Shown here piece after piece: positions 29,007 to 42,354 of a stretch of 64,000 nt of DNA. Position numbers and translations under genes: made by a program. Every line of letters begins with the position of its first letter. The stretch's first letter is position 1. Origin of the DNA: Octopus sinensis (taxonomy: Eukaryota). The stretch lies in contig NC_042999.1 of the NCBI RefSeq assembly GCF_006345805.1, positions 78,368,001-78,432,000 of the forward strand, written 5' to 3'. The notes under the pieces are model-generated. The model did no database searches. It saw nothing but the letters and a program-made list of their open reading frames with translations, and had not been told where the DNA came from.

Positions 29007-29049
29007 CTTGTTTGTTGTCTGTTCTACTTAACTTGTCTGGATCGGCCAT
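29007..29049 (-). CDS. Candidate first coding exon MADPDKLSRTDNKQ (phase 1) of an unidentified gene running leftwards
   Basis: Strong invertebrate start context caaaATGGC, donor AAG|GTAGCT, purine-rich UTR-like leader, inside a CpG-retaining zone; no homology recognised. Confidence 0.5.
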
Positions 29050-29702
29050 TTTGCAAGTGTTTTCTCTCACCCACCTCTTACTTCTCCTCTTTCTTTCCCC
29101 TTCTGCTTTTGTTGGTGTTGTTGTGTAAAGAGAGATGATGGTGGAGGTGTTAACACTGTCAATTGCAATAGTGAGGGTGTGTGGTGGTAGCAACGAGTAG
29201 TAGTGTAGTGAAAGCTATGGTGATGGTGGTGGTGGTGGTGGCGGTGGCGGTGTGTAGAGCAGTGATAAGAGAGGTGGCAGGAGAGTGTAGTATAGTGATA
29301 GGAGTGATGATGGTGGCGGTGGGTATTAGTAGATTCTTATGATGGTGGCGGCGGTAGTGTTAATTATGGAGGTAGTATTTATGATAATGATAGTAGTGTT
29401 GGTGCTGATGATGTTGTTCGTGAAGGTTGGAGGCGAGCAGTAATGGTAGTACTAGTGGTCGGTGTGATAGTATGAATTACGGAGGCAGGAGAAAGACAGA
29501 TAGTTAGAGAGAGAAAGAGGAGGAGAGAAAAAAGATAGAGAGAATACGAAAAAGAGAAAAAGGAACAATTGAGAAAGTGAGAAGGAAAAGCAAGAAAATA
29601 TAGAGCGAGACTTAGAGAGATGTGACAATGTGTTTCAAAATTCCTCTATTTTCAATTCTCTATACTACCCTCTCTCTCTCTCTCTACACACACCACACAC
29701 AC

Positions 29703-29776
<74 letters not shown>

Positions 29777-29788
29777 ATTTATATACAT

Positions 29789-29819
<31 letters not shown>

Positions 29820-29914
29820 GAAGATAGATAGATAGATAGATAGATATAGATATATAATACTCACACACACATTTATATATATATATAGAGAGAGAGAGAG
29901 TGTGTATATATATA

Positions 29915-29945
<31 letters not shown>

Positions 29946-30394
29946 AAGAGAGGTGAAAAATTTCTTTACAGTAGCTAACACATATACCTGTATCTGAGTT
30001 TGTGTGTGTGTGTATGAACGTATGTATGAAGAACAGTAGAAAGAGCTAAAGAGCATAAAAAGAAGCAACAGAGGAGAAAAAAGGGTAAGGCGAGAGAGAG
30101 AGCGAGATAGTGCACGTGTATGTATTTAATAATCCCTTTTCTGTCATACACTCTCTCGCTCTACATACATACATAGAAATCGAGAGATTGCGACACAATC
30201 ACAAACATATGCTTTTTCTATTCTCCCGTGTCTTTAAATTTATTTATATATCAATTTCACTTTCACTACACACACACTCACACACACACACTAATTATTT
30301 AGAGAGAGTGTACAGGAAAATAATTTGCAGCACAAATGTATTCTCTAAGTGTGAAAGACACACATATGTATACATATATAATATTTATATACAC

Positions 30395-30459
<65 letters not shown>

Positions 30460-30900
30460 ATATATATATATATTATATATATATATATATATGTACACCA
30501 TACGCGCGCGCACACACGTGTGTGTTTTTTGCGCGTGTGTGTGTATATTTCAGTGGTTGGTTGATCGTAATCAAAATTCAGAGTTGCATCGATACACCAA
30601 AATTGAAAGCAATCTGAGCAAAATTAAAGGCGGTTGAGAAACACGAGATCCCATCATCTCAAGTATAACTCTGAGTATCGCGAGTTACGTGATCAACGTT
30701 ACTCGAGCCGCACAGTATATGGAGTAATAACCGTAACAAAAAGTAAAAGAAAAGAGAGAGAGAGAGGGGGGGTAATATGAAAAGTAAAGGAAATCAACGA
30801 AAATGAGAAAACGTGGAAGAAAGAACGGAGAGGAAGTAGAAAAAATGCGAAGAGAGCAGGTTGTGTAACGGTTGTTCTGCTGTCACTTCAAGAAAATCGT
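29050..30900. promoter_or_regulatory. Putative, possibly divergent, promoter/5'UTR region
   Basis: CpG retained; GA repeats; (CG)/(CA)/(TG) alternating tract 30500-30545; Inr-like TCAGT at ~30550; lacks the dispersed SINEs found elsewhere. Confidence 0.4.
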
Positions 30901-32599
30901 CGCTACTTATATATATATATATATGGCTTAGATATGACTACTTCCGTCACCACCGCTATTGCATGTTAACGCGGTTCGACTTACGTAGTCAGTTGGCCTG
31001 TTAGAAATAGCAGCAAAATATCCCTCGAATTGCGGCATACTGTCTTACTGGAACGCCAGAGTTAGATGATATTAGTTTTAGATCCACTATGTCTGTAAAA
31101 TAAACAGTGGTATGTATGGGCACGGCTGGAATACTTTTGGTTTGTGGATCTAGATAGATCTGCTGGAATTAACGACTGACCTGCGGTTAAACTGCTATTA
31201 CAAAATTTATCGCCATAATCGTATACTTCGCTGCCAACTGTCACGAATACTACCCTCTTTTTCTCGCTATCAACATTAACACCATCATCAGCATGTCCCC
31301 GCACCACCCCTCACGCACATAACACCAACGATATTGTCACAAACACAATCATCATCATCATCATTATCATCAGCTGTAATACCATCAAATATTGACCACC
31401 ACCACCACCAAAACCAGCATTGAGTCTCGTCTGTCGTAGCCCTTTATCATTTTAGGCATCTCCATCTCACGCTAACGACTGTAGTAATACTAACGATGGT
31501 ACATTACTCTAAGTAAAAACTATTATAACGGTTGTTATTATTATTATTATTGTAGTAGTAGTATTGATAGTAGTTGTGGAAATAGTTTATTATGTGTAGC
31601 AGTAGAGTTGTGGTTTTAGTAGTAATGGTAGTTGTGGGGGGAGGGGTAGTAGAAATGGTAGTACTAGTAATGGTAATGGTAGTAATAGCAGGAGCAATGA
31701 TTGTGTTAGTAGAAGCAGAGGCAGTAGAAGGAGTGTTAGTAATGGCAGTTATTTTTCGTTAACCTCATTTTGGTTTGGATTGGGTTGACTAGACCAAGGA
31801 CTGAAATCACTTTAGTTGTGACCAATCTGTCTGTTTTAAGGACTACATTATCTAATGTGTCCTTCTTTGTTTAAGTCAGTTGGGGGAAGGGGCACTGATT
31901 TGAGGGAAATTTGGTTGCTATTTCTAGCAAGACTACAGACTAAACAGAAATTGTGATTCCCAACTTTTCCTATGCTTTCACATGACTAAGTGCTTGATTA
32001 ATTTTTGTATCCCTTACAAAAGTAATATCACATTTGGAGATGAAAAGAAAATTTTCAAATAACTAATTAATTTTTCTTTAATTGAATCACATAGGAAAGA
32101 ACATGTTCTTAATATACCAAATAGAACATAGTCAAATTTGAGAGTAAATTAATTTTATTTTCAATAATGATTTTAATAAATTTTAATGAAGTATATACTT
32201 TCACTCTTAGTTTCACCCATTGAAACTGCATTTTATACCCCCAGAGTGTGTAGGCATCCCAGGTTAAGAACTTCTGTTTAATCATGATAATATTTTATGT
32301 TGTTAGTAGTAGTGATTTCTCAGGGTATCAGCTTTGAAAGTGTTGAGGGGAGCTAGCTCTGAATGAAGGTAGTGTCCTTTGTCTTTGTGGGCCTTCTGAG
32401 ACTCTTGAGATTGATACTGGTTAATGTTCAGCTTAGATCAGTCATGAGAAAACTGCAGACCATGAAATGGTACACCTAACGAAAAATTATCTTGGATTAT
32501 TTTAGCAGTGTAGCTCTAGCCTGCCTGATGAAGAGCCTTGTCTCATGCGACCCACTTCTTAGAAAAAGTTGCCCATGCCTGGCTTAGACTGTTATTATC

Positions 32600-33120
32600 A
32601 ATGACTGCAGGAAACCATGTACGAGGAGAGAATCTTAGAGAGCTGATGTTCTAGGAACAAATGACCAAGTGTAGTGGTTAGCAGGGTCTAGTGATGTGAA
32701 TGATGAGAGGTAGAGGGATGAGTAATGCGTAAGTGGGAGACAAGCCATCACTAAGGAATTGAGGCCACTGTGGTAGCTGTAGAGAAGACACAAAGTGGAC
32801 ATAGCACATATGCACCAGAAGTTGGTGTTTGTGAGTGTGATTTTGTGTCAGTTGAGTGGCTTTTCTTTGGATGCAGGCTAAGATGTCACTGTGTGCAGCA
32901 TGCAACACCATCATCATTCCAGATGTAGGGGAAGCACTGCATTATGGATCTCAGCTGAAATTAATAGAGGGTCAGTCATTGCTGACAGCTAATGAATTAA
33001 GAAAGCATAAAAGGTCAAAGATCAAGAGATGCAATCAAAAACCAGGCTTAGTCAAGGAAAGAAGTGCCTGTGACCTTCACAGATGCACTGAGACTGGTAA
33101 TATAGCTGATGTTCAATTTC
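32600..33120 (-). mobile_element. Highly decayed CR1/Jockey-group LINE C-terminal remnant
   Basis: YIW...DILACIQRKATQL resembles the HIW..LLDRIQRKA.RL motif downstream of RT. Confidence 0.5.
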
Positions 33121-34939
33121 CAACTTTTGAGAGATGGTCATGCCTCTTTGTTTCTTTATGATCATCATTGATGTAAATTAAATGAGAATTACCATAGTTA
33201 CAAGAAGGAATATGATACAGTAGGGTCTCTTTTCGAACAATTTGTAAGCAATAACTCCAAGAGGTTTTAAGTTTTAAAAGTATGAAGCAGGGGAGGTAAC
33301 TTCAGTGAAGTCAGCTGAAATTTTTGGAAAATGAAGATGAATTCAGAACTGAATTGTTGATATTACTGACAGGAAGCTTTAGGTGTAATCTAGTGATAGA
33401 TATATTATGTGCTTTTACACTTTTGCTGGTTTGTTTTACTAGTCTGTGGCCATGCTAGAGCTCTAATCAATTATAACAACCACAGTATGTAATTTTAGGT
33501 GTATTTCTTTGGTTGACTTTTGAAGGATTGACTTGGACCAGATATGAACTAAAAGCTTAAAGGGATGTAACCAAATATTGCAAGGGTTTTTTGTCTGCTA
33601 CTCCAATAATTCTGTCATCTAGCACCTTTTATAATACTATTGCAGGGAGCTTCTATGTGTTCGCCTAGCCTGCTAAAAATACAGTAAGAACTTCAAATCA
33701 CAAACTTCCTGACTCAAAAATAAAAGAATGAAGTACAGATTGGCTAATGTATCCCTTGATGTATTATGTTTGGAAATAAGACATAATGGTCAGTAGAAAT
33801 GTCTTTCATTCTAGGCCTTGCTAGTCTAGTCTATTAATTTCTCATTTAGCCACATAAAGGAATAAACTTATATGATATTCATGTATTTTTAGTTCCTCTT
33901 ATTTTTTCTCTTTCAAATGGAATGGAGTGAAGTGAATTGGAGTAATTCCAATAAAGAACTGAAACTGGCATGTAGTGGGGTGAAGTTTGAAGAAGGATGA
34001 GGAAAAAGGAGATGACAGAAGTGGTGAGAAGAAAAGAAAAAAGAAAAACAAATGAAGAAATGTGAAAGGAGGGGAAGAGCAAGAAGTAAAAGAAATAGTT
34101 GGGTTAGTTTTAATACTTTATCAGGAAGAAGAGCTGTGCCCATGATCCCTTTCAAGGCCTCTGAAACTGGTGTGGGAAGGATGGATGTATTCTTAAACCA
34201 GAGACATGATCTGAATGTTTGTAACAGGATGGAAATCTACTAAAGGTGCCTAAGGGTTTGGTGACAGATATTAAGTCTACTACCCAAGTTGGTCATGGTG
34301 GGATTTGAACTCAAAACATTATGAACTGAAACAAATAGTACCTGATGATTTCATAATTCCACTACTTACTACTCTTGCCTGGTACTTTATTTAGCAACTC
34401 TGAAAGGATGAAAATCAAAGTGGATTTTGGTAGGGAGTGTTGTTGTTTTATCCCACATCAACCTCGATAGAAATAAGGAAAAAAAAACCCTATGATCAGA
34501 GGCATTCTAGCCATGACCAATCTATCTTTTTCCTATGTGCATGGAACCCATGACTACATTATCTGTTAAGTGCTGTTCTAGCATGCTGGAGTTTTATTTC
34601 TGAGTTCTCTCATTGCTATTCCTAGCACATTGAGTGGCATCATAGAGGCTGTCTTGTTGGCTCAAGTGTGGTTAAGTGGGAAGGAAAGGGAAACTCAAGA
34701 AGAGGAAGGCAGATATAAGTGAAGAAGCCAAAAATAAAATTTAAAAAACAGAATAAAAATCAAATAAACTAATAAATATGCCAAAAGAACAAGTAGAAAT
34801 TGGAACCTAAAAACAAAAATGAAAGAAAAATAAACCACAAGAAACTAAATGAGGTGAAGATGTGATTTGAAACAAAGGCTGAAAATATATGTTGTTTAGA
34901 AAACAAAATACTTCAGGAAAACATCTTAAGAGGTCATTC

Positions 34940-36800
34940 AAAAATTTTCAGTTCAAATTCAAATGAAATCAACTTTTCCTTTTCATCTTTCTGGAGTTGA
35001 TAGAATGAGTATCTGGGTTGATTTAATCAACTGCTTTTCTCTCTAAAATTTTTGGTCTTTTGTTAGAAATCTTTATTATAATTATTATGAGGTCAGTGGG
35101 TTGGCAGGATTGTTAGAGAGTCAGGTGAAATGCCTTGGACTACTTATTCTGCCTCTTAACATTTAGAGTTCAAATCATACTGCAGTCAACTTTGCCTTTC
35201 AAGATTTGTGGGGTTCAATGAAATGAAGTACCGATTAAATACTGGAGTTGATTGTTTTGACTAACACCACCCTCTCAAAACTGTTGGTCTTGTGCCTAAA
35301 TTAAAAAAAACAACCTATTATTATTGATATTATTATTAAGGCAGTTAACTGGCAAAATTGTAGGTATGCCAGGCAAAATGCTTAGTGGCATTTTATTTAT
35401 CTTCACATTCACAAGTTCAAATTCTGTGTAGGTCAACTTTGCCTTTCATTTTTTCAGGGTTGATAAAATAAAGTAACAGTTGGGATAATCAACTTATCTC
35501 CACTTTTGAAATTGCTGGTAGTGTGCCAAAATCTGAAGCCAGTATTATTAAGGTGGAAAAACTGGCAGAATTGTTAACACGTTGGGCGAAATACTTAGCA
35601 GTATTTCCCCTGTCATTATGTTCTGAGTTGAAATTCCACGGAGGTCGACTTTACCTTTCATCCTTTCAGGGTTGATGAGTTAAGTACCAGTGAAACATGT
35701 AATTGACTAGTCCCCTCCCCGCAAAATTTGAGGCCTTGTGCCTCCAGTAAAAAGGATTATTATTATTATTGTTATTATTATTAAGGTATCAAGCTGGCAG
35801 AATTGTCAGCACACGAGGCAAAATGTTTAGCATCATTTTGCCTGTCTTTACATTCTGAGTTCAAATTCTGCCGAGGTTGACTTTATCTTTCATACTTTTG
35901 TAGTTGATAAAATAAGTACTAGTTGAACACTGGGGTCAATGTAATCAGTTTCTCTATCCCCTCCCCTGAAATTTGGCCTTGTGCCAAAATGTGAAACCAT
36001 TATCATTATTATTATTAAGGTGGCAAGCTGGTAGAATCATTAGTGCACTGGACAAAATGCTTAGTGGTATTTCATCCATTATATTCTGAGTTCAAATTCC
36101 ACTGAGGTTGACTTTTTCTTTCATCCTTTTGGGGGTCGATAAAATAAGTACCAGTTGAGTATAGGGGTTGATGTAATCGACTTACTCCCTCCACCAAACT
36201 TGTTGAACTTGTCCCAAAATTTGAAACCATTGTTATTATTATTATTAAGGCTGCAAACTGGCAGAATTATTGGCATAATGGGTAAAAGGCAGATCAGCAT
36301 TTTGTTCATCTCTTCATTTGGGTTCAGAATCTGCAAAAGCTGACTTTGCCTTTCATCCTTTTGGGGACGATAAAATGAGTACCAGTTGAGCACTGGGGTC
36401 AACATAATTGATTTACCCCACTCTTGAATTTGCTAGACTTGTGCCAAAATTTGAAACGAATATCTAGTCATGGTCCTTTCATCCTGTGTTCAAATCCCTC
36501 TTTGGTTACCTTTGCTTATCATCCTTCTATGGTCAACAAAGTAGAATACCAGTCAAGTACTGAGGTTAATTTAATCAACTGACCCCTTCTCCAAAATTTA
36601 AAGGCTTGTGCTTATGATCCAAAAGGAAAAAAACAACAACTTTGTTATAAGGAATTCAATGGATGACAGAATTAGTTTAGAAAGCTTGGTTAGGTGCAGC
36701 TGTACTTACATATCCATATGTTCTGGTTTCAAAAACCCTACTGAGGATGACTTGGACTTTCATCTTCCCAGGTTCAATAAGACAGGTACCAGTCAAGCAC
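34940..36800 (+). repeat. Head-to-tail array of ~9 SINE family B copies separated by (TTA)n
   Basis: Units start near 35090, 35338, 35550, 35783, 36018 and 36248, with partial units at ~34940, 36470 and 36655. Confidence 0.9.
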
Positions 36801-36999
36801 TGTTCCCTCTAAGCTATGTGTATGCACATACAGACATACACATTTTTGCAACCAGCACACACAAAGAAAAAACTTCATTAATGTGCACAAAAAAGTTTGT
36901 TACCCAAAGTGAAGTGGTACTAAGTAACTGATATGGCAGGTAAATACGGTTTATAATAATGTAAAAAACTAGTATTAATTACATGATGTAATATCATAG

Positions 37000-37400
37000 A
37001 TGCTGGTGTGGTTTTGAGGGAAAAAATTTAATTCCCAACCACATGGTTCTGGGTTCAGTCCCTTGTGTAGCACCTGTGGCAAGTGTCTTCTATTATAGCC
37101 TTGGGCTGACAAGAGCCTTGTGAATGGATTTGGTAGACGGAAACTGAAAGAAGCCCATCATATATATATGTATGTATGTATTTGTGTGTCTGTGTTTATC
37201 CCCCTACCATTGCTTGACATTAATGTTGGTGTGTTTATGTCCCTGTAAATTAGTAGTTCAGAAAAAGAGACCAATAGAGTAAGTACTAGGTTTACAAAGA
37301 ATAAGTCCTGGGGTTGATTTGTTCAACTAAAGGCAGTGATCCAGTATGACCGAAACAAGTAAATGACTGAAACAAGTAAAAGAATAGAAAAAATAAAAGA
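37000..37400 (+). mobile_element. SINE family A copy
   Basis: Colinear with 19821-20240. Confidence 0.85.
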
Positions 37401-37455
37401 ATATGTATAAAATAGGAAATTTTTATTGGTAAATCTCTTACTGAGATACATTCAG

Positions 37456-37826
37456 TAATGTAAAGATTATTTGCCAACATAACATGGCATTCGTGGTTTA
37501 CAAAGAATGTTACTGTTATTTAGCCTCAGGAAGCATCATCTCCAGCTGGCTATATGACACACTATCTGTGTCCTTATATTTTCCAACAAGGGAGTTTAAC
37601 ATCCCTACTCAGCACAAAACAATATCTGTGTATTGTAATTTCTGGGTTATTTCCCTTCATCAGCGTAGAATAACTGTTCGGCTAGAGGTGGTGCTGCTAA
37701 ATTCTTGTTTGAACAGATAGTGTGTCATATAGCCAGCTGGAGACGATATTTCCTAGGGCTAAATAACAGTAACAGTCATCCTAAACCAGGACTGCCTCAT
37801 TATATTGGCAAATAATCTTTACTCTA
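37456..37826. mobile_element. MITE-like element with ~110-bp inverted arms
   Basis: gtaaagattatttgccaa...ccagctggctatatgacacactatctgt (37460-37569) mirrored at 37713-37822. Confidence 0.85.
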
Positions 37827-38216
37827 GAAGTCTGGTGCAGGCTCCTGCCTGGCCAGTTCCTGTCCAACCATCCAACCCATGCCGGCGTGATGATAATGAT
37901 GATGATGTATATGTTTTAATGTTTAAATGTCTGGTAGTAGTTTCATACAATAACACATAATAATCCTTTTCACAAAAGGCACAGGGCCTGAAATTTTGGG
38001 GGAGGGGACTAGTTGATTACACCAACCCCAGTGTTTCACTGGTACTTAATTTATTGACCCCGAAAGAATGAAAGGCAAAGTCAACCTCAGTGGAATTAGA
38101 ACTCGGAATGTAAAGATAGATGAACATGCACTAAGCACTTTGCCCAGCATGCTAACAAGTTCTACCAGTTCACTGCCTTAATAATAATAATAGTGGTAAT
38201 AATAAAAATAATAATA

Positions 38217-38572
38217 ATAGCTGCATGCTCCTTTGACCCACAAATAGTCAAGAAGGAAGATGAAAAGATAGACAGATATACCCCTTTTAAGTACGAAATA
38301 AGTTGGCTATAAAAAATGAAGAAGGTGAAGATAGTGCCAATTATTGTTGGATCCTTGGGAACAGTATGAGAAGGCATCAAGAGGAATATAAAGAAAATTG
38401 GAATAGAGTAGAACTGTTACAAAAGGTTTGCCTCCTTGGCATGGCCAGAATAATCAGGAAAGTAATGGATAGCGGAAAAGAATGAATAGCATGGAGCCTG
38501 CAGGTAGTAAGCCCGTTATGCATGCAAGACTCCAGGAGCTTCAACAAAATGTGTGATAAAGAGAAGAAAACA
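38217..38572 (+). mobile_element. R4/Dong-clade non-LTR retrotransposon 3' end (restriction-like endonuclease C-terminus)
   Basis: ACSFDPQIVKKEDEKIDRYTPFKYEI...KKVKIVPIIVGSLGTV...VELLQKVCLLGMARIIRKVM; flanked on both sides by (TAA)n. Confidence 0.8.
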
Positions 38573-39220
38573 ATAATAATAATAATAATAATAATAATCC
38601 TTTCCACTAAAGGCACAAAGCCTGAAATTTTGGGGGAGTGGACTAGTTGATTACATCGATCCAATGTTTCACTGCTACTTATCGGCCCTGAAAGGATGAA
38701 AGGCAAAGTTGACCCCAGTGGAATTTGAACTCAGAATGTAAATACAGACGAAATGCCGCTAAGCATTATAAGGGCAGGCATGGCATTGTATTAAAAAGTT
38801 TGCTTTAAGGGTTTCAGGATCAATCCCACTATGTGGTACATTGGGTAAGTGTCCTCCACTATAAGACTTGGGCAGATGAAACCCCTATGAGTGGATTTGA
38901 TTGATGGAAACCAAAAGAAGTCTGTCTAATATATATATAAATATATATATAGTTAGGTAAAATTTAGGTAAAACACTTGTAGAATGCTATGCTAGGAATG
39001 ATACATCACTCTGGGTATATATTATCACACTGAGTGAAATGGCAAGAGAATTTAACAAAAACCTTATTTAAACAATTACCTGAAGTGGCACATTTTACAC
39101 CTTGGATGTAAGATAATGATTTCACAGTATCTCATCTATGTAGTAAAGGTGTAAGAATGTGTCCAACAATTGTAGTTTAAAAAAAAAAAAATTATGTTGC
39201 TAGTTCCATTTTCTGTTATT

Positions 39221-39289
<69 letters not shown>

Positions 39290-39292
<3 letters not shown>

Positions 39293-39670
39293 TTTGTGGT
39301 AAGTAGCTTGCTTGCCAACCACATGGTCCTAGTTTCAGTCCCATTGCATGGTACCTTGGGCAAGTGTCTTTTACTATATCATCGGGCTGACCACGGCCTT
39401 GTGAGTGATTTTGGTAGATGGAAACTGAAAGAAGCCTGTTGTATATACATACATATATATGTATATGTGTGTGTCTGTTTGTCCCCCACCATCACTTGAC
39501 AATTGATGTTGGTGTGTTCATGTCCCTGTAACTTAGTGGTTCAGCAAAAAGACTGATGGAATAAATACTAGGCTTATAACGAATAAGTCCTGGGGTCAAC
39601 TTTTTCGACTAAAGGTGGTGCTCCAGCATGGCTGCAGTCAAATGACTGAAACAAGTAAAAGAATAAAAGA
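39290..39670 (+). mobile_element. SINE family A copy
   Basis: Colinear with 19821-20240. Confidence 0.85.
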
Positions 39671-40032
39671 ATATATATATATATATATATAATATATATA
39701 TATATTATATATATATATATATAAATGTGTGTGTGTGATTATGGATGTGTATGTGTTCATGTTTTTTGTCTTAATATTGTTTGGTTGTTTGTAAAGGAGT
39801 ATTACCATTGTTGTACAAGCCATGTTATTTGTTTCCAATCTTCTACAGAAACACGTCTGGCAATTCAGAAATATTACTTTGTTTGGAAACAGGCGAGGGT
39901 TGGCGACAGGAAAGGCATCTGCTCATAGAAAATATATCTCAATGAATATCATCTGACCCAGGCAAGCATAGAGGAGTAAATATTAAAATGATAATGATGA
40001 TGACGATGATGATGATGACGATGATGATGATA

Positions 40033-40064
<32 letters not shown>

Positions 40065-41214
40065 ACAGATATTTAGTTGCATACATACTTTTGCCACTTG
40101 GGGGGAAAAAAATGCAAATTTTTTGTGCAAACTGAGGACAGTTTGGTTCTCTTGTACTCTTGCCCACAAATTGTGGCCTTGTGCCCTGGGTATTTGAAAG
40201 GGAGGTGATGCAATGAATTTCCTGAGATCTCAGAAATTGTTTGCTTATATTAAAGTATTAAAGACTAATATTCATATTTTGAGGTGCCTTCCCACCAGAA
40301 ATCAACCACACACAAAAAACAAATACAAACAAATAAACCAAAAAAACTGCTGTAACTTTGTACCCTTAGTAAATAAAATTCTAGCTTCTGCCAATGTTAA
40401 AAATTACTATCACATTTGAAGAATTCATAAAAAGCAGTTTTGAAGCATTTAGTTATGTCCCTTTAAATTTTGATTTTTTAAAAAAATCATGGCAAAATGA
40501 CTTCAATATTCCTCCTCCAAGAATGAATCAACTATACCCCACCCACAAACAATGTTCATGTCAGAAATCATTATTATTTTTATTGATGCGTTATAGACTA
40601 AATATCAAAAAATTAATTAGTCCATGGTTCACTACATTTCAATAACCACACCTTCCTAGCTGGCATTCAGGTGTTTTGCTTTATGCTGAAATGAAACCCA
40701 CCATGTTGTTGCCACAGTCAGATGCCCGTGCATGTGTGTTTGGAATAAGGTTGCTTTCTTCATCTTCTGCTGCTTCGGTTCATCTTGCTCCTGCTCCTCA
40801 TTTAACACTTCCCCTCTGTCTCCTTCTCTTCATCCTCCTCCTCCTCCTGTGCCTAAGCATTGTCGTCATTATTTTCGTCATCACCCCTCTGATGCTGCTG
40901 CTGTAGTCATTCAAACTGCAACCATCATATTCTTATTTCCATTCAATACACTGTTTAAAAATGATCGTCTGCCATTATTGTCACCACCACCATAACCACT
41001 GCCGCTGCCACCTCCACCACGACAAAACCAAAACCAATACTAATGCTACCACCTTCACCACAATTACCATCATCACAGTCATCATCATCATCATCATCAT
41101 CATTATTGATATCATTATCATCGTCTTTCTCATTCCTCTTTAACCCAGATAAATTTTTGTAGTTTTAACCTTTATTTCATTCCAATGAAGAAAGATAATC
41201 ATTTTATATATCTT

Positions 41215-41277
41215 TATGTGTATATGTATATACACTCACACAATACACACACACACACACAACATACATATATGTAT

Positions 41278-41338
<61 letters not shown>

Positions 41339-41374
41339 CATATACATACACGCATATATATATACATACATATA

Positions 41375-41427
<53 letters not shown>

Positions 41428-41644
41428 ATATATATATATTATATATATACATATATATATACATATATACATACATATATATAATTATATATATATATAT
41501 ATTATTATGGCAACTGAATAATTGTCACGCATTATATTACAGATAAATTCCTCTATTTACATAATATTGAGGTCTCATTCATTGTTTTGTTGTCATACTA
41601 TTACTATTACTATTACTATATATATGTATGTATATATATATATT

Positions 41645-41681
<37 letters not shown>

Positions 41682-41798
41682 TATTTATATATATGTATAT
41701 AATATATATATTTATATATATACATACATATCTATTTATATATATGTATGTGTGTAAATATATATAAATATATTTATATATATGTGTGTATATATATA

Positions 41799-41848
<50 letters not shown>

Positions 41849-41970
41849 ATATACACACACACACAAACAGTGACATAGGGAGAGAGAGAGAAAGAAAGTG
41901 ATTATACACACACATATTTCTGTGTATGTGTGTGTGTATATATATATATATTTATATATATGTATATATA
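41215..41970. repeat. Long interrupted (TA)n/(CA)n microsatellite field
   Basis: Direct reading. Confidence 0.95.
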
Positions 41971-41974
41971 AACT

Positions 41975-42292
41975 GGCTTCCCAACAGTTATGATGATGAG
42001 TGTTCCAGTTGATTCGATCAATGGAACTGCCTGCTTATGAAATTAATGTGCAAGTAGCTGAGCACTCCACACATACACGTGCTGCTAATGTAGTTCTCAA
42101 GGAGATTCACTCTGACACAGATTGTGTTTAAGACTGGTCCTTTTGAATTGCAGTTACAACTCATTTCTTCCAGCTGCGTGAACTACAACAATGAAAAATA
42201 AAGTGTCTTGCTCAAGGACACAACATGGCATCATGAATCAAACTCACAACCTTCTGATTGTGAGCCAAATACTCTAGCCACTAAGTCACGTG
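41975..42292 (-). mobile_element. SINE family C copy
   Basis: gtgtcttgctcaaggacacaac...aactcacaacc...ctagccactaag (tRNA-like head on the minus strand); matches 23341-23575. Confidence 0.7.
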
Positions 42293-42354
42293 TAAGCAAT
42301 AGAGAGCCAGGTCAATAAAAATTTAAATAATAATAATAATAGTTATAATAACGA

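Noticed and set aside
31944-32277. hAT-like MITE
   Set aside because: Ends only loosely inverted and no TSD identifiable
34940-36800. Regularly spaced repeats as a CRISPR-like array
   Set aside because: Units are ~220-bp diverged SINEs without unique spacers; eukaryotic context; no cas genes
39939-40197. Poly-His, poly-Met and poly-Ile ORFs
   Set aside because: (GAT)n tail of a retroelement
40659-40995. Pro/Ser/Cys-rich ORFs and a possible exon
   Set aside because: Grades into low-complexity trinucleotide repeats; no recognisable domain; weak splice support
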